From the NCBI RefSeq assembly GCF_006345805.1, contig NC_043001.1, positions 28,830,001-28,894,000 on the forward strand: a stretch of 64,000 nucleotides of DNA, given 5' to 3'. The notes below the pieces were generated by a model. That model was not told where the DNA came from and ran no database searches. It saw nothing but the letters and a program-made list of their open reading frames with translations. How positions within the stretch are numbered: the stretch's first letter is position 1; each line of letters begins with the position of its first letter. Origin of the DNA: Octopus sinensis. Lineage: Eukaryota. A program made the translations under genes and the position numbers. Positions 13,061 through 26,018 of the stretch are shown here, in pieces.

Positions 13061-14500
13061 AAAGGAGGTAGCAGAGCGGAAGCCAAGAACTATAGACCTA
13101 TCTCTCTGACCTCACACATCAGCAAGGTCATGGAACGAATAGTCAGAAGGAAGCTGATCACCTTCCTTGAAGAGAATGACTTGCTGCCCGACACCCAACA
13201 TGGTTTCCGACCAGGGAGAAGCTGTTTAACTCAGCTCCTACAACACTATGACTGGGTGCTGAAACGGCTGCTCAACCACTCAAATGTGGAAGTGATATAT
13301 CTCGACTTTGCAAAGGCTTTTGATAAAGTCGATCATGGAATGATATGTCACAAACTGCATGATCTCAACATAGTTGGAAAACTGGGAGAATGGCTTCATG
13401 ACTTTCTGAAGGATAGAAGTCAGGTGGTAGTAGCCAATGGGGCCACCTCCATTAACACACAATAGTGAGCGGTGTTCCGCAGGGCACTGTTCTGGGACCA
13501 CTACTGTTCATAATGGCCCTCTCAGACATGCCTCAGCCACGCAGAGAGCCACGATCACAAGTTATGCAGATGATACAAAAGTTTCACAGGCAATACAGAA
13601 CCCTGAGGACACTAAACACCTGCAATGTGAGCTGGACGAAATATACAAGTGGGCTGAAAAGAATAGCATGCAGTTCAATGCTGGAAAGTTTCAAGCTTTA
13701 TACTATCAGCATGCAAAACTGAATGCAATACCCAATGAATACACTGGACCCGGAGGGATTGCAATCCCAGAGGCACAATCAGTGCGTGACCTGGGTATTC
13801 ACACGAGTGATGACGCGACCTTTCATGTACATGTTGCTAAACTGACAATGAAATGTAGACGGCTGGCTGGATGGATTCTTAGAACCTTTAGAACAAGAGA
13901 ACAAGAAACCATGATGGTCCTCTGGAAGACACTTGTCCTAAGCCACTTTGACTATTGCTCTCAGCTATGGTCACCATCCAGTGTCAAGTTGATCACAGAA
14001 CTTGAGGCGATCCAACGAAGCTACACAAAGAAGATAGCCTCTATGCAGAATGTAAGCTACTGGGAAAGACTCAAGAGATTAAAATTATATTCCCTGGAGC
14101 GTAGGCGGGAAAGATATGCCATAATATACATCTGGAAGATCCTGGAGGGAAGTGTCCTGAACTTTGGCATCGAGAGTTACGCAAATGCCAGAACTGGGCG
14201 CCACTGCGTGGTGCCTAGGACTCCAAACCTGCCATCAAGATGTAAGACAAGATTCTGTGATAGCCTGGGCTTCCGAGGCCCACAGCTCTTCAATATCCTC
14301 CCGAAGAACAGGTGTCCCAGATGAACCAACTTCACGGCAGGAGGGGCAGATGAGGGCAGCTGCATCGAACTCTCTCATGCACCAAATAGCAGTTGCTAGA
14401 AAGCCTCCATGAAGTGAAACCAAGTAGCAACACCAAATGGCGGTGCCCCAGCATGGCCACAGCTCATAAGCTGAAACTAGAATCAATCAATCAATCAATC
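13061..14500 (+). mobile_element. 5'-truncated CR1-clade LINE (RT and C-terminal region)
   Basis: YRPISLTSHISKVMERI, QHGFRPGRSCLTQLL, YLDFAKAFDKVDH, SGVPQGTVLGPLLF, YADDTK, RDLGI in three frameshifted ORFs; (AATC)5 tail. Confidence 0.9.
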
Positions 14501-14569
14501 ATATATATAGATGTAGGTACATATATATATGTATGTATATATGCATATGTTTTATTTATTAATTTGTTA

Positions 14570-14610
<41 letters not shown>

Positions 14611-14664
14611 AATATATATGTGTGTATAATATGTATAATATGTATAATATGTATAATATGTATG

Positions 14665-14715
<51 letters not shown>

Positions 14716-15371
14716 ATATGTGTGTGTATGTATGTATATCAAAAAGATGTGTTATGACTATTCCACATATACAAAAACAGTCATACCAACAATCCAACAC
14801 ACCTCCATCATCAGATATGATTATGGTTTCGACACTTGGGCAGTACCATCCAATCCGGTGGTGTCAACAGCACTAAAAGAAGTGTTGGTCGGGAACAAAC
14901 ATACAAAAAAACAAAACCCCACAACTTTCAAACACACTTACCCTATGTACAACAGTATTCAATCTAAATATAGGCAAGACTAAACACTAACTTTAAAATT
15001 AAACTACAAGAAACACATAAATCTATGTACATCTGTATCAGTATTAATAGTAAACCTACAATAACTAAATTATATACTAAATAGCGACCAATCTTTAAGT
15101 TCATACAAGTAATTATCCCACCGGTCTTCCATAGTTACTACTATAATAAAAGAAAGGGAAAGCTATGTTTCAATTCTCACCAAAACAACACAATTGAAAT
15201 TAAATTAACGAATAATATAATGATTATGAGTGAAATACATTATTTCATAATTCAGAAGTTAATAATAAAAACACTACATACGCTTAATATTTATTACCCT
15301 TACAAGCTATAATGTAAACTTACCAGTAACTTATAGAAACATTAAATTTATTGATTAGGAACTAATAAAAG

Positions 15372-15796
15372 GGATCTTTTCGGTTTGAACGGCAGTTTTT
15401 CTAGCGGTGTCATATGAAATTGTCACCCATAATTATGACCCTAGTATTGATCTATTGCATTTCAATCTGTTTTAGGGTTAGGGTTAGGGTTAGGGGTGGG
15501 GGGAAGGGTATCTTTTTTTCTTCACAAGTATAAATAAACCCAATCTGTTTCTTAAACGAGGGACATATTCATACGGCACAGAATGTTTTTTTTTACCTCA
15601 ATAGACGTCATTGATTGGTTGAAATTGCAGAAATTGAAGAAAAAAACAACAAATATCTTACAAACTATAGAATTTTCTCAATAAAGCCAAGAGAAAAAGA
15701 TGTTTTATGAACACATTCTACCAGTATACGAAGTTTAAAATTTTTTAGTTACGTGGAAATTATTTTTAAAAACTGCCGGTCAAACCGAAAAGATCC
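15372..15796. mobile_element. Non-autonomous TIR element (MULE-like MITE), copy 1
   Basis: ~30-bp TIRs GGATCTTTTCGGTTTGAACGGCAGTTTTT; near-identical to 27383-27794; no clear TSD at this copy. Confidence 0.75.
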
Positions 15797-16350
15797 TAAA
15801 ATTTTGTGGGTGGTGTTGTGTGTATTTGTCACTCACCACTTAATGACTGGTGTTGGTTTGTTTAAGTCCCTATAACCTTGTAGTTTGGCAAAACGGATGA
15901 ATAAAATAAGTACCTCGCTTTCAAAAAATATGACCTTCGAGGCAGTATTCCAGCATGGCCACAGTCCAATGACTGAAATAAGAAAAAGATAACATGTAGG
16001 GTGTGGGAGATGTTTGCAGTTTTCACTGCACACGCACGCACGCACACATCTCTGTTTTTCCGCAGTTCAGTCACGACAGCTCTCTATACATTTATGAAAT
16101 GTTATCCACATTCCCTGAGTGTTATTCAACAAGCAATGAGTAACTATTTGTTCTCCTTATCTTAAAATGTTTTCCTATGTGTAACTTTCCATTTCATCAT
16201 TAAGCTGATATAATAACATATTGAGAGAGAGAGAGAGAGTGATAAAGAAAGAGACAGAGAGACACAGATACAGGAATAGTATAAGAGAGAGAAAGAGATA
16301 CAATATGCAATAATGATATAGGCATAAGTGTTTACAAATATAACAAAAAC

Positions 16351-16387
<37 letters not shown>

Positions 16388-16392
<5 letters not shown>

Positions 16393-16838
16393 CTTTTTTA
16401 TCTTTTTATTAGTTTCAGCCATTTGACTGCGGTCATGCTGGAGCACCGCCTTTAGCCAAGCAAATCTACCCCAGGACTTATTCTTTGTAAGCCTAGTACT
16501 TATTTTATCGGTCTCTCTTGTCGAACCGCTAAGTGACGGGGATGTAAACACACCAGCATCGGTTGTCAAGCGATGTTGTGGGGACAAACACGGACACACA
16601 ATCATATACATACATACATACATAAATACATACATATATATATTGATATATATATATGTAAATACATATATACGATGGGCTTCTTTCAGTTTCCGTCTAC
16701 CAAGTCCACTCACAAGGCTTTGATCAGCCTGAGGCTATAGTAGAAGACACTTGCCCAAGGTGCCAAGCAGTGAGAGTGAACCTGAAACCAAACCATGCGG
16801 TTGGTAAGCAAACTACTTACCACACAGCCTGTTCTGCA
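16388..16838 (-). mobile_element. SINE family A copy
   Basis: Full-length match to family A. Confidence 0.8.
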
Positions 16839-16895
16839 CCTATATATATATATATATATATATACATACATATATATATATAAGTATATATGTTA

Positions 16896-17040
16896 GATAG
16901 GGCCAGTTTATGGGATTACCTAAGGTTTCATGTGCATAAAGTGCTTAGCTTTATGGTGTATCATCAGATCCCAAAACCTGTTGGCTAAAGGCCTCTATAT
17001 GGATGTGAAACCTAAGGTAATCCCATAAACCAGCCTTATC
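16896..17040. mobile_element. Small palindromic MITE-like element
   Basis: ~35-bp imperfect inverted ends GATAGGGCCAGTTTATGGGATTACC..; TA on both sides; related, internally deleted copy near 20545-20720. Confidence 0.55.
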
Positions 17041-18214
17041 TAACTTTAATATATACTGCTCTATAACTTAGAGTGTGCTTCTTTTTTCGGATTTATGTTT
17101 ACGGCTGATGTTTGTTCCCACATGACTACTGGCCATTTTTTCTCTCCTCTGGACGTCATTTTTTCTTGCCTCCCAACATTTTTTCTCTTCTGCTATTTTC
17201 TTCTCTTGTATTTCTTCTATATCCTTTCCACATTTTGGCAAGACTTCCGCCTGTCCCCCCACTCCCCAAAAACCACCCTTTTTTAAAACTATTTTTTTTC
17301 GACACAAACCCCACTTTTCGGTTACGAATCTGCGAAAAATTGGCAAAAAATCGACATTTCTAAATTAAGCCCCCCCCCCCCCCCCCCATTTACTTCAGTT
17401 TTCACTTAATTTTGTTTTCTCAAAATATGCGGAAAAATACGGAGATTATGATTCTGAAAAAAATTTCCTAAAATCTTTGTAAAATTTTTTTTTAAGAATT
17501 TTTCTTTTCTAAATATGCAGATAAATACAAACATGAGGATTCGGACAAAAATTTCTAAATATTTCTGTACTTACGGTTACAGTTTTAGGGTTAGTGTTGC
17601 AGAAAAAAGTCAAAATTGAAGAAGTTGGTGGGAAAGGTGGGCAAATTTTTCACAATGCCAATTTTTGGCCATTTTCCAGGATCTCTGTATCTGAAAACGG
17701 GGATTTTTGGTAAAAAAAATTTTTTTAATAAACAAATTTGGGAGAAAATGGGGGTGGGGTCAGGCGAAAGTCTTTCCAAAATTTCTCCCTGGTGCTACCC
17801 ATTACAGTGCTTCTTGGCCTAATGACCCTTAATGTCTGTCTTTGTCGATTGTTTACTCAGCATGTTCACTCTGTTGTTGTTTGTTCATTCAAAGCTCTAA
17901 CTCTCCAGAAATTTTATATCTAAAAAATTTCTGGATGCTGCTGTTTTATGAAGTTTTCCTATATTGTCACTGAAAGCTCAAAATAGGGAGTAGTTATCAG
18001 TCGACAACTGAGGAGGGGCTAGACTTCTTTTGGTATTTTGTCCTGTACTTATCTCTCATGTGTTTCATTCATTGGTGACCTCCTGTTCTTATTGTATATT
18101 TTTTGGTAATTCATCCTGTACTTATCGCTCATGTGCCTACATAATTTTCACTCGTTGGTGATGTCCTATACTTGATGTATTTTATATTTATTAATACATA
18201 TATATATTTCTTTA

Positions 18215-18432
18215 TTACCCACAAGGGGCTAAACATAGAGGGGACAAACAAAGACAGACAAAGGGATTAAGTCGATTACATCGACGCCAGTGCGAAACTG
18301 GTACTTTATTTATCGACCCCGAAAGGATGAAAGGCAAAGTCGACCTCGGTGGAATTTGAACTTAGAACGTAATGACAGACGAAATACCGCTAAACATTTC
18401 GCCCAGCGCGCTAACGTGTCTGCCAGCTCACC
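18215..18432 (-). mobile_element. SINE family B copy
   Basis: Reverse complement of 2465-2699. Confidence 0.8.
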
Positions 18433-18454
18433 GCCCCTATTAATACATATATAT

Positions 18455-18790
18455 TGTAGTTGTGATACCTGTGCCAGTGGCATGTAAAAAGCACCATCCG
18501 AACGTGGCTGATGCCAGCACCGCCTTGACTGGCCTCTGTGCCGGTGGCACATAAAAAGCACCAACTGATCATGGCCGCTGCCAGCCTCCCTTGGCACCTG
18601 TGCCGGTACATGTAAAAAGCACCCACTACACTCATGGAGTGGTTGGCATTAGGAAGGGCATCCAGCTGTAGAAACATTGCCAGATCAGATTGGAGCCTGG
18701 TGCAGCCTCCTGGCTTCCCAGACCTCGGTCGAACCGTCCAACCTGTTCTAGCACGGAAAACGGATGTTAAACGATGATGATGATGATGAT
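18455..18790 (+). mobile_element. RTE LINE 3' UTR fragment
   Basis: GAGTGGTTGGCATTAGGAAGGGCATCCAGC motif and (TGA)n tail shared with the RTE 3' ends at 41140-41290 and 63550-63710. Confidence 0.75.
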
Positions 18791-18799
18791 ATGTGTATA

Positions 18800-18838
<39 letters not shown>

Positions 18839-19299
18839 TTATTAAAATCTGAAATATCACATTGTTGTTACTCAGAGTTTGACTTTAATCACTTGTTCAA
18901 CAAATGATAAACAATCTGTTTATCTATGTACATGCTTATATATATCATCAATGTATCATATATCTGGAAAAGAAGCACACTCTAAAACATAAAGCATTAA
19001 TATATTACTGGGGATAGGGGAGGTAATTGTTCATCTTTAGGGGAAGGGATAAATATGCACAAAATTTCTAAAGCTAAAGTAGTGAGAAGAAATATGTACA
19101 GTGATGGGTATGTGATCATGAATTAAAATATACACTGAGATCAAAGTAGATATGTTCTGTATATTTAGATGAACAATTTTTCTTTATTAAATGTTCTTGT
19201 ATAGATATTGTTTCTTTGCAATGGTAGCTGAAGAAAACTGTGAAGTTTGGTTGGATATTACTTGCACATCTCTCTATGAGTTCACTCAAAGGAATTTGT

Positions 19300-19968
19300 C
19301 TGTATTGTGGGAACCCCTAACATCTGGCCATCTAAATCTCCAGATGGCAACCCCCTTGATCGTTATGTGTGGAGGTGCAGTTGAGCAAGATACCAGCAAA
19401 ATTCCTAGTGATCACTAGTGATGGTGATGTGATGCCTCCATTCATCTTCCCACACAACCTCAGACTCAACACAGAGGCCTACATCAAGTGCCTAGAGGTG
19501 GTAGTGCTGCCCTGAGTCAATAGGGTGGCTGCTGGAAGATCTTATGTCTGGCAACAGGACCCTGCACCATGCCACACTAGCAAAAGAGCCCAGTCATGGC
19601 TGTCAGACATCACACCTAACATCTGGCCACCTTACTCCCCAGACTGAAAACCCCTTGATTATTATGTGTGGGGTACAGTTGAGCGAGAGACCAACAAAAC
19701 TCCTTGTGACACCAAAGATGAACTGAAGGCAAGGATTATGGCAGCATTCACCAACTTAAACAAGGAGACCACCCAGAAGAGTTGCAGGAGATTCCAAAGT
19801 CCTCTGGAGACCATGGTTGAAGCCAATGGTGATTTTATTTAATAAATTTACTCTTTAATATTTCAAGATATTTTTATGTAATTTTGGTAAATATATCTGT
19901 TAAAATGAGATGTCAGTGTTATTTTCATTTTTGCGTAATTTAGACAGCAATTTATTCACTGCCCCCCG
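19300..19968 (+). mobile_element. Tc1/mariner-superfamily (DD37D/maT-like) transposase 3' relic
   Basis: Manual translation: DVMPPFIFPH, EAYIKCLE, YVWQQDPAPCHTS, NIWPPYSPD..PLDYYVWG, KDELKARIMAAF; internal duplication of the WPP segment at 19305-19420. Confidence 0.7.
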
Positions 19969-20196
19969 TATATATGTCCTCTACATATATATGTCCTCTA
20001 CATATATATGTCCTATGGTTTGACCCAGCTAATCAGTACCTTATGAGTGAATTTGATAAATGGAAACTGTGTGGAATAACCATTACCTTTCATCCTTTTG
20101 AGGGTCCAATAAAATAAATACTATTTGAGTGCTGGGGTTGATGAAATTGACTAGCCTCCTCACCCATAATTTCAGGGCTTGCACCTATAGTAGAAA

Positions 20197-20229
<33 letters not shown>

Positions 20230-20234
<5 letters not shown>

Positions 20235-20405
20235 GAAATTTAGAGATAAACAAAACACAAAGACAGGTGTATTGGCTTGATGCTCAGAAAGGTGAGAAAG
20301 TCTTTTATGTTTCAAGCCTACTCTCTTCAAGAGAAAGGAACATGAGGAAATAAACAGAGAGGAATTAAAAAAAACTTTTGGAGTTAGCGGTCAATCATGG
20401 CAACT
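20230..20405 (-). mobile_element. PLE terminal relic related to 8870-9385
   Basis: Reverse complement reads CTTT-CTCTTGA-A-GAGA GTAG GCTT-GAAACAT-AAAAG, a decayed version of the 9270 motif. Confidence 0.45.
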
Positions 20406-20409
20406 GGAT

Positions 20410-20529
<120 letters not shown>

Positions 20530-23089
20530 ATAGATAAAGATAGACATGGCCAGTCTATGGGGTTACCCTGGGTTTCACGTCCATAAAACGCTTAGTTTTA
20601 CAGCATTTCTTTAGACTCCATGGTATTTCTAGCATAAACTGGGCATATCTATCTCTATGCATATAATCTTCTGCTCTGTAACTTAGTGTGCTACTTTTTT
20701 TGATTTATGATTTACTGACAATATATATCTATAGTACTTTATTATTGTTTAAACAATAGGACACTAATTGAAAGAAATGACTCATGATTTATGTCTATCT
20801 CTTTGTGCATTTGTTGTTTTCTCTCTATTACTATTTATGATAAAGTGTGTTATCATTCACAGAAAATATATTTTTATTATTTTATCAATTGTATTATATC
20901 TGACAAACTGTGAAACAAACCTTACATAATAGCAGACGAAATACGGCTAAGCATTTTGCCTGGTGTGCTAACATTTCTGCCAGGTCACTGCCTTCCTGGA
21001 GACTAAAAAATTGCAAAAGAGGATGAAGTGAGGAGAAGAGAAACCAGAACTTTCCACCAAGGAAAAGTGCACTTGAAGAAAGGAAAAGAAAGTAGCACTT
21101 ATAGAGAGCTTCTTCTAATGCAGTCACTGTATGTGTGTCTGCCACTCTTGTGTGGGTTTGTACAGCCACGGCTGATGTATCACCATCAGCAGCTGACACA
21201 AATTCTCCAAGCACAGATCTCTGGCTTCTCAAGACCAACGGATGCCTACTATGGCATATGTAGAGGAAGGATATCCTGTTGTAAAACAAGGTCTCAATAA
21301 AACTTTCATCCAAAAATGAACATGCACGTATTGTTTGAATGATGAAATACTTGTGTTTAATGAATAAATTCTTCACTGTTGTCATCACCGCTGCCGTCAT
21401 CATCGTCATCATCACCACCACCACCACCAACAACCTCATCATCATCATCATCATCATCACCATCATCATCGTCATCATCATCATCATCATCATCAACATC
21501 ATCATTGTCAATACGGGAAGAGAGTAGATTTAGCAGAACCAGCTTACGGCAAAGGGAAGATTTTATTATAAAGAAATACTACTGGAAAATAAAATTGAAA
21601 TATTCAGTTTTTGGTGGTATGAGTACATAATTATACGTAATAATATAAAAAGCTATTCGGAAGTTTTGTTTCACATTTTTATTTTTAAATTTCAAAATAT
21701 TTATTTTGTTCTTTTACCTCCTTCAGTCACTCGACTGTGGCCATGCTGGAGTACCTCATTGAAGAGTTTAGTTGATTGACTTGACTGCAGTACTTAAATT
21801 TAAAAAAAAAAAAAGTCTAGTAATTATTCTATTTGTTTCTTTTTACTGATCTACTGAGTCACAGGGACATAAACAAACCAACACCGGTTGACAAGTGGTG
21901 AGAGACAAACATAGATGCACACATGCTCACACATATATAACATGATTTCTTTCCATGCCTATTTTAAATCTATGATGTGTGTGTGTGTGTGGTGTGTGTG
22001 TGTGTTTGCACGCGCACGCGTGCCCCTTAACAATATGGATGAGGTTCTTGTGCCACTTTTGAAGAAGAATATCTTGACTAATACCTATGTTTGAAACTAG
22101 TTCAACTTAAGCCATTCTTGAAAAGTGTTGGTTGGTTGGTTGATTGGTGGGATAGGTACAGAAAGTCATAGAAAAGGGAAAAGAAAAACGAAATGAAAAG
22201 GATTCGACTAATTACTCTGCAACAAATTAAAAATACTTCTTGATAGTTAAAAATGTTATGAAAAATGGAAGAGCAAGTGACATAATTTTGGTAATTATTA
22301 CCTCTACCTGGGTGGATTCAGATGAAACTTTTAGGGGTGTTTGGCCTCATGACTGGCATAAACTGATTAGATTTTGGGATCAATCCAGTACCGGACAAGG
22401 ATTCCGGATTATTTTTCCTGTTTTTTTTTACTTAATTTTTGAGAGTGTTTGGGTTCATTTTTAGTATTCTCATTTGTGAGAGCAGTCGAGTTTATTTCAG
22501 ATATTCTCATTTTAAAAATAATCTCTAGCTAATTGTTGAGAGGACACTGGTGTTGCCTTGACAGAGGTTTGCACTCTCTGAATGCTCTTGTTTTATATGT
22601 TTTCTGACTTCAGTTGATAGACTTTCTTGCACATTTCCTTATTTATTGGTGAAAGGATGGAAATTTGAAATGGCTTTAGCTAAAGATAAAATTATCAATA
22701 TTTTGGTGGCAACTTTCTAAAAATATCTAATTTGATTAGATATTAAAATCCAAAGTATATCAGGCTAACAACCTTATCATTTGATTTCACATGTATATGC
22801 ACACTTCTGTGTACACATGCATACATAGATAAATACATACATACATTCATAGATACATACATAGATAGATTATGGCTGCTCCCTCGTTATCGAGTATGGC
22901 CATTGCACGAAGCTTAACTGTTACTGGTGCTACATACATACATACATAAATACATACATACATACACACATGCAAACAGATAAACAAACAAACAAGTGCA
23001 AATATAACAGGTTAGATATTGTTTGAGACAGACAGGAAATAGTATGTACAATGATCGGATGTAAAGTTCATAAGCTGGTTGAGATATTC

Positions 23090-23522
23090 TCATCAAGTAA
23101 GTCAGTATCACATGTGGAGAATTCCACACATTTCACAGGACTGATCAAAGATACCCCATGGTGAGTCTAGATGTATTAAGTCTGTTCACCAAAGTCTCAA
23201 CTGATGAAGCATTATCGGTAATTCATGACAAACTAGTTGTGGACACCTCTCTAAAGAAACATACTAGTATACCTATAGGGAACTCGACGGAAATGTCGAC
23301 CTACTGCATAGAAACGACCTGCTTCAGAAAAGGTACTGACATGTATCAGTATGGGCAAGAATGGGCCTGGCTATGGGTTTACCATTATCACCAGTAATGG
23401 TCAACATGCACATGGAATACTTTGAGAGTATGGCTCTAGGTTGAAGACCACTAAAGTCAATGCTATAGCTGTGACATGTTGGTGACATCTTCATACTCTG
23501 GCCCCCACCAGGAAGTTGTCCA
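23090..23522 (+). mobile_element. Penelope-like RT fragment (pseudogenised)
   Basis: VSLDVLSLFTKV..EAL, GLAMGLPLSPVMVNMHMEYFE, VGDIFILWPH (decayed YVDD region). Confidence 0.75.
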
Positions 23523-23570
<48 letters not shown>

Positions 23571-23571
<1 letters not shown>

Positions 23572-23998
23572 AATAATAATTCTCTAAATGAGATATAGAC
23601 AGTGACTGCTCCATAACATAAGGGACATTAGCCAACTGAATATGGAGCAGTCACTGTCTATATCTCATTTAGAGAATTATTATTGCTGTCGAACAGATTT
23701 TCGAAATCAGTAAATGTATTTACTTGAAAATCTTTATATATATCTTGCACGGTGAGTTGTTCGTCGAGAAGCGGTGCCTACCATACGTTGATAATAGGCA
23801 ATACACCTTGAAATCTAGGTCCGTATGTGGCATCCGCTTCTTGGGGAATGATCTCCCTTTGCAAGATAGAGGACGCCGTGACGGCGTCGGCCTATCTGGT
23901 GACGTTGATGTTCGCCTGGGGCTAAATGCAACAGTGACACCCTCACCACCCTGCCCTGTCCCTAGCCATATTCAGTTGGCTAATGTCCCTTATGTTAT
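23571..23998 (+). mobile_element. ~355-bp hammerhead-containing PLE-derived/retrozyme-like monomer with 75-bp inverted 5' segment, inside (TA)n
   Basis: Perfect 45-bp inverted repeat 23571-23615 / 23641-23685; 23613-23645 is the reverse complement of 23966-23998; (TA)n on both flanks. Confidence 0.75.
23767..23841 (+). ncRNA. Type I hammerhead ribozyme fold (U3:A8 variant, possibly partly decayed)
   Basis: Stem I CATACG/CGTATG extended by TGCC/GGCA and AGAAGCGG/CCGCTTCT; core TTGATAA; stem II AGG/CCT with loop CAATACA; GAAA; near-palindromic ATCTAGGT; GUC site at 23821. Confidence 0.7.
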
Positions 23999-24002
23999 AT
24001 AT

Positions 24003-24033
<31 letters not shown>

Positions 24034-24063
24034 TATATCTATATATATCTATCTATCTATCTA

Positions 24064-24142
<79 letters not shown>

Positions 24143-25138
24143 GTAAATGTTTTCCCACATAAAATTGCACTTCAGTTTTGAAGCTCTGATGAACGTATAG
24201 GGTGATTCACATACATTCAACTATGAGTACATTGCAGAAACAATGTACACTAATGAAGTTCATGACATGATTTCTTTTCTTTTGTCATTTTAATTTCTTA
24301 TATGTATATATATATATGTATTTATATTTATATGTTGTGGATCTTGCAGGCATGAAGTGGATTCAATCCACCATAGTCAAATTTCAAGTAACAGTTCAAC
24401 AGAACTTTTCTCACGCTAGAACAATACTTTTTCTGTGAAAGCAGTTTTACATTTGCCAGATTGTCTTAGCTAGGCTGAAATAATGTCTTCACCACTTGAC
24501 CCTTTCTAACCTCACCTCTCCTAGACAACCAAAAGCTAGAATTAAGATAATAAGTACCACCAACGAAATCCATTGTTCTCAACGATATGTCTATCCTTCT
24601 GGATAGTTATAAAAACAAGAACCCCCAAGGAAAAATCAGTTAGTCACTTGGTGACAACTCAGTTAATGAGAACGGAGTCTGGCTGACCGGCCGAACAAAC
24701 GTCATCTCTAAAGAAAAGGACACAAAGAGAACAACTATGGTAACTTACCAACAGAGCAGTTGTTTTGTTCCACACTCTCTCACTTTCACTAACTCACTTT
24801 CTCTTCACTGTACATTACCATATTTCTGTGGTTTACAACTATAATAAGAACATACAGGCCGAAATTAACATTTTTACTTCGCATGCTCTACGAATTCATC
24901 ACCTGCCTGTCGAGGTAAGGTATTGTATAATATAATGGTAAAAAAATAAATATTTTCTTCACAACTTCAATCACAGTTATTTCATCTTTACATGATGGCT
25001 ATCAACAAAGAACCAATCCTTACAAACTGATTATGACTCTGACATTCCATATTATTTTTTGCAAATTAATTACCATACCTTTATCAAAAATAAATATCAC
25101 AATTTTCAAATTTTTACTGTTACATATATATATATATG

Positions 25139-26018
25139 CAGGGTGTCCCAAAAGTTACTGAGGGGTTTCAATTTTTGATAACTTCCTTAACTTTACAAAT
25201 AAATGCATAAAATTTTGATACAATATAAAAGACATAATGGAAATTAATATGCACAAGTAAAATTTTGCAATACCTCCACATCACATATGAAAAATGATAT
25301 CGCTTAAATGGTAGCCATTTTCAGTTTTGCATGCCCATGCTCTTTTCAAAACTTGTTCCTTGAGAGTTTCAGACCCCACTTCTCTGATTTTTTTTTATGT
25401 TCTCCTTCAGTTGCACCACGGTCTCCTGTTTGTTGACGTACACCCTCTCTTTCAGGTATCCCCACAAGAAAAAATCTGGGCTAGTCAAGTCTAGGGAACA
25501 TGATGGCCATTTAAAGTAGACCTCACACATGGTTCCAGCAAAATGGGACAACTGCTCATACCACAAGAGAAACAATGCAGTTGCTATGGCAGTGCTTTGA
25601 AGAGAGAATAATCTCCTGCTACGGCAATGCCAACTAGTCTTCACGTTCCCCAGACTTGACTAGCCCGGATTTTTTCTTGTGAGGATACCTGAAACAGAGT
25701 ATTTACATCAACAAACTGGAGACCCTGGTGCAACTGAAGGAGAACATCAATAGAGAAATCAGAGAAATGGGGTCTGAAATTATTGAGGGTGTTATGGTGC
25801 AAACTTTGGAAAGAGCACGGGCGTGCAAAGCCGAAAACGGCTGCCATTTAAGCAATGTCATTTTTCATATGTGATGTAGTAGTGTTGCAAAATTTGACTT
25901 GGGCATACTAATTTCTGTTATGTCCTTTATAATTGTATCAAAATTTCATGCATTTATTTGTAAAGTTAAGGAAGTTATTAAAAATTGAAACCCATCAGTG
26001 ACTTTTGGGACACCCTGT
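25139..26018. mobile_element. Fold-back Tc1/mariner-family derivative with ~365-bp inverted arms
   Basis: Termini CAGGGTGTCCC / GGGACACCCTG; arms 25139-25503 and 25641-26018 each contain the transposase tail (..SPDFFLWGYLK..VY..QLKENI). Confidence 0.8.

Noticed and set aside
14800-14870. Minus-strand GACAC..GTGTC-GAAAC and a nearby CTGATGA
   Set aside because: The order and spacing of the motifs do not fit any hammerhead topology.
24186-24250. CTGATGA followed by the GTACATTG/CAATGTAC hairpin containing GAAAC
   Set aside because: GAAA lies inside an unrelated hairpin loop, so no three-way junction can form.
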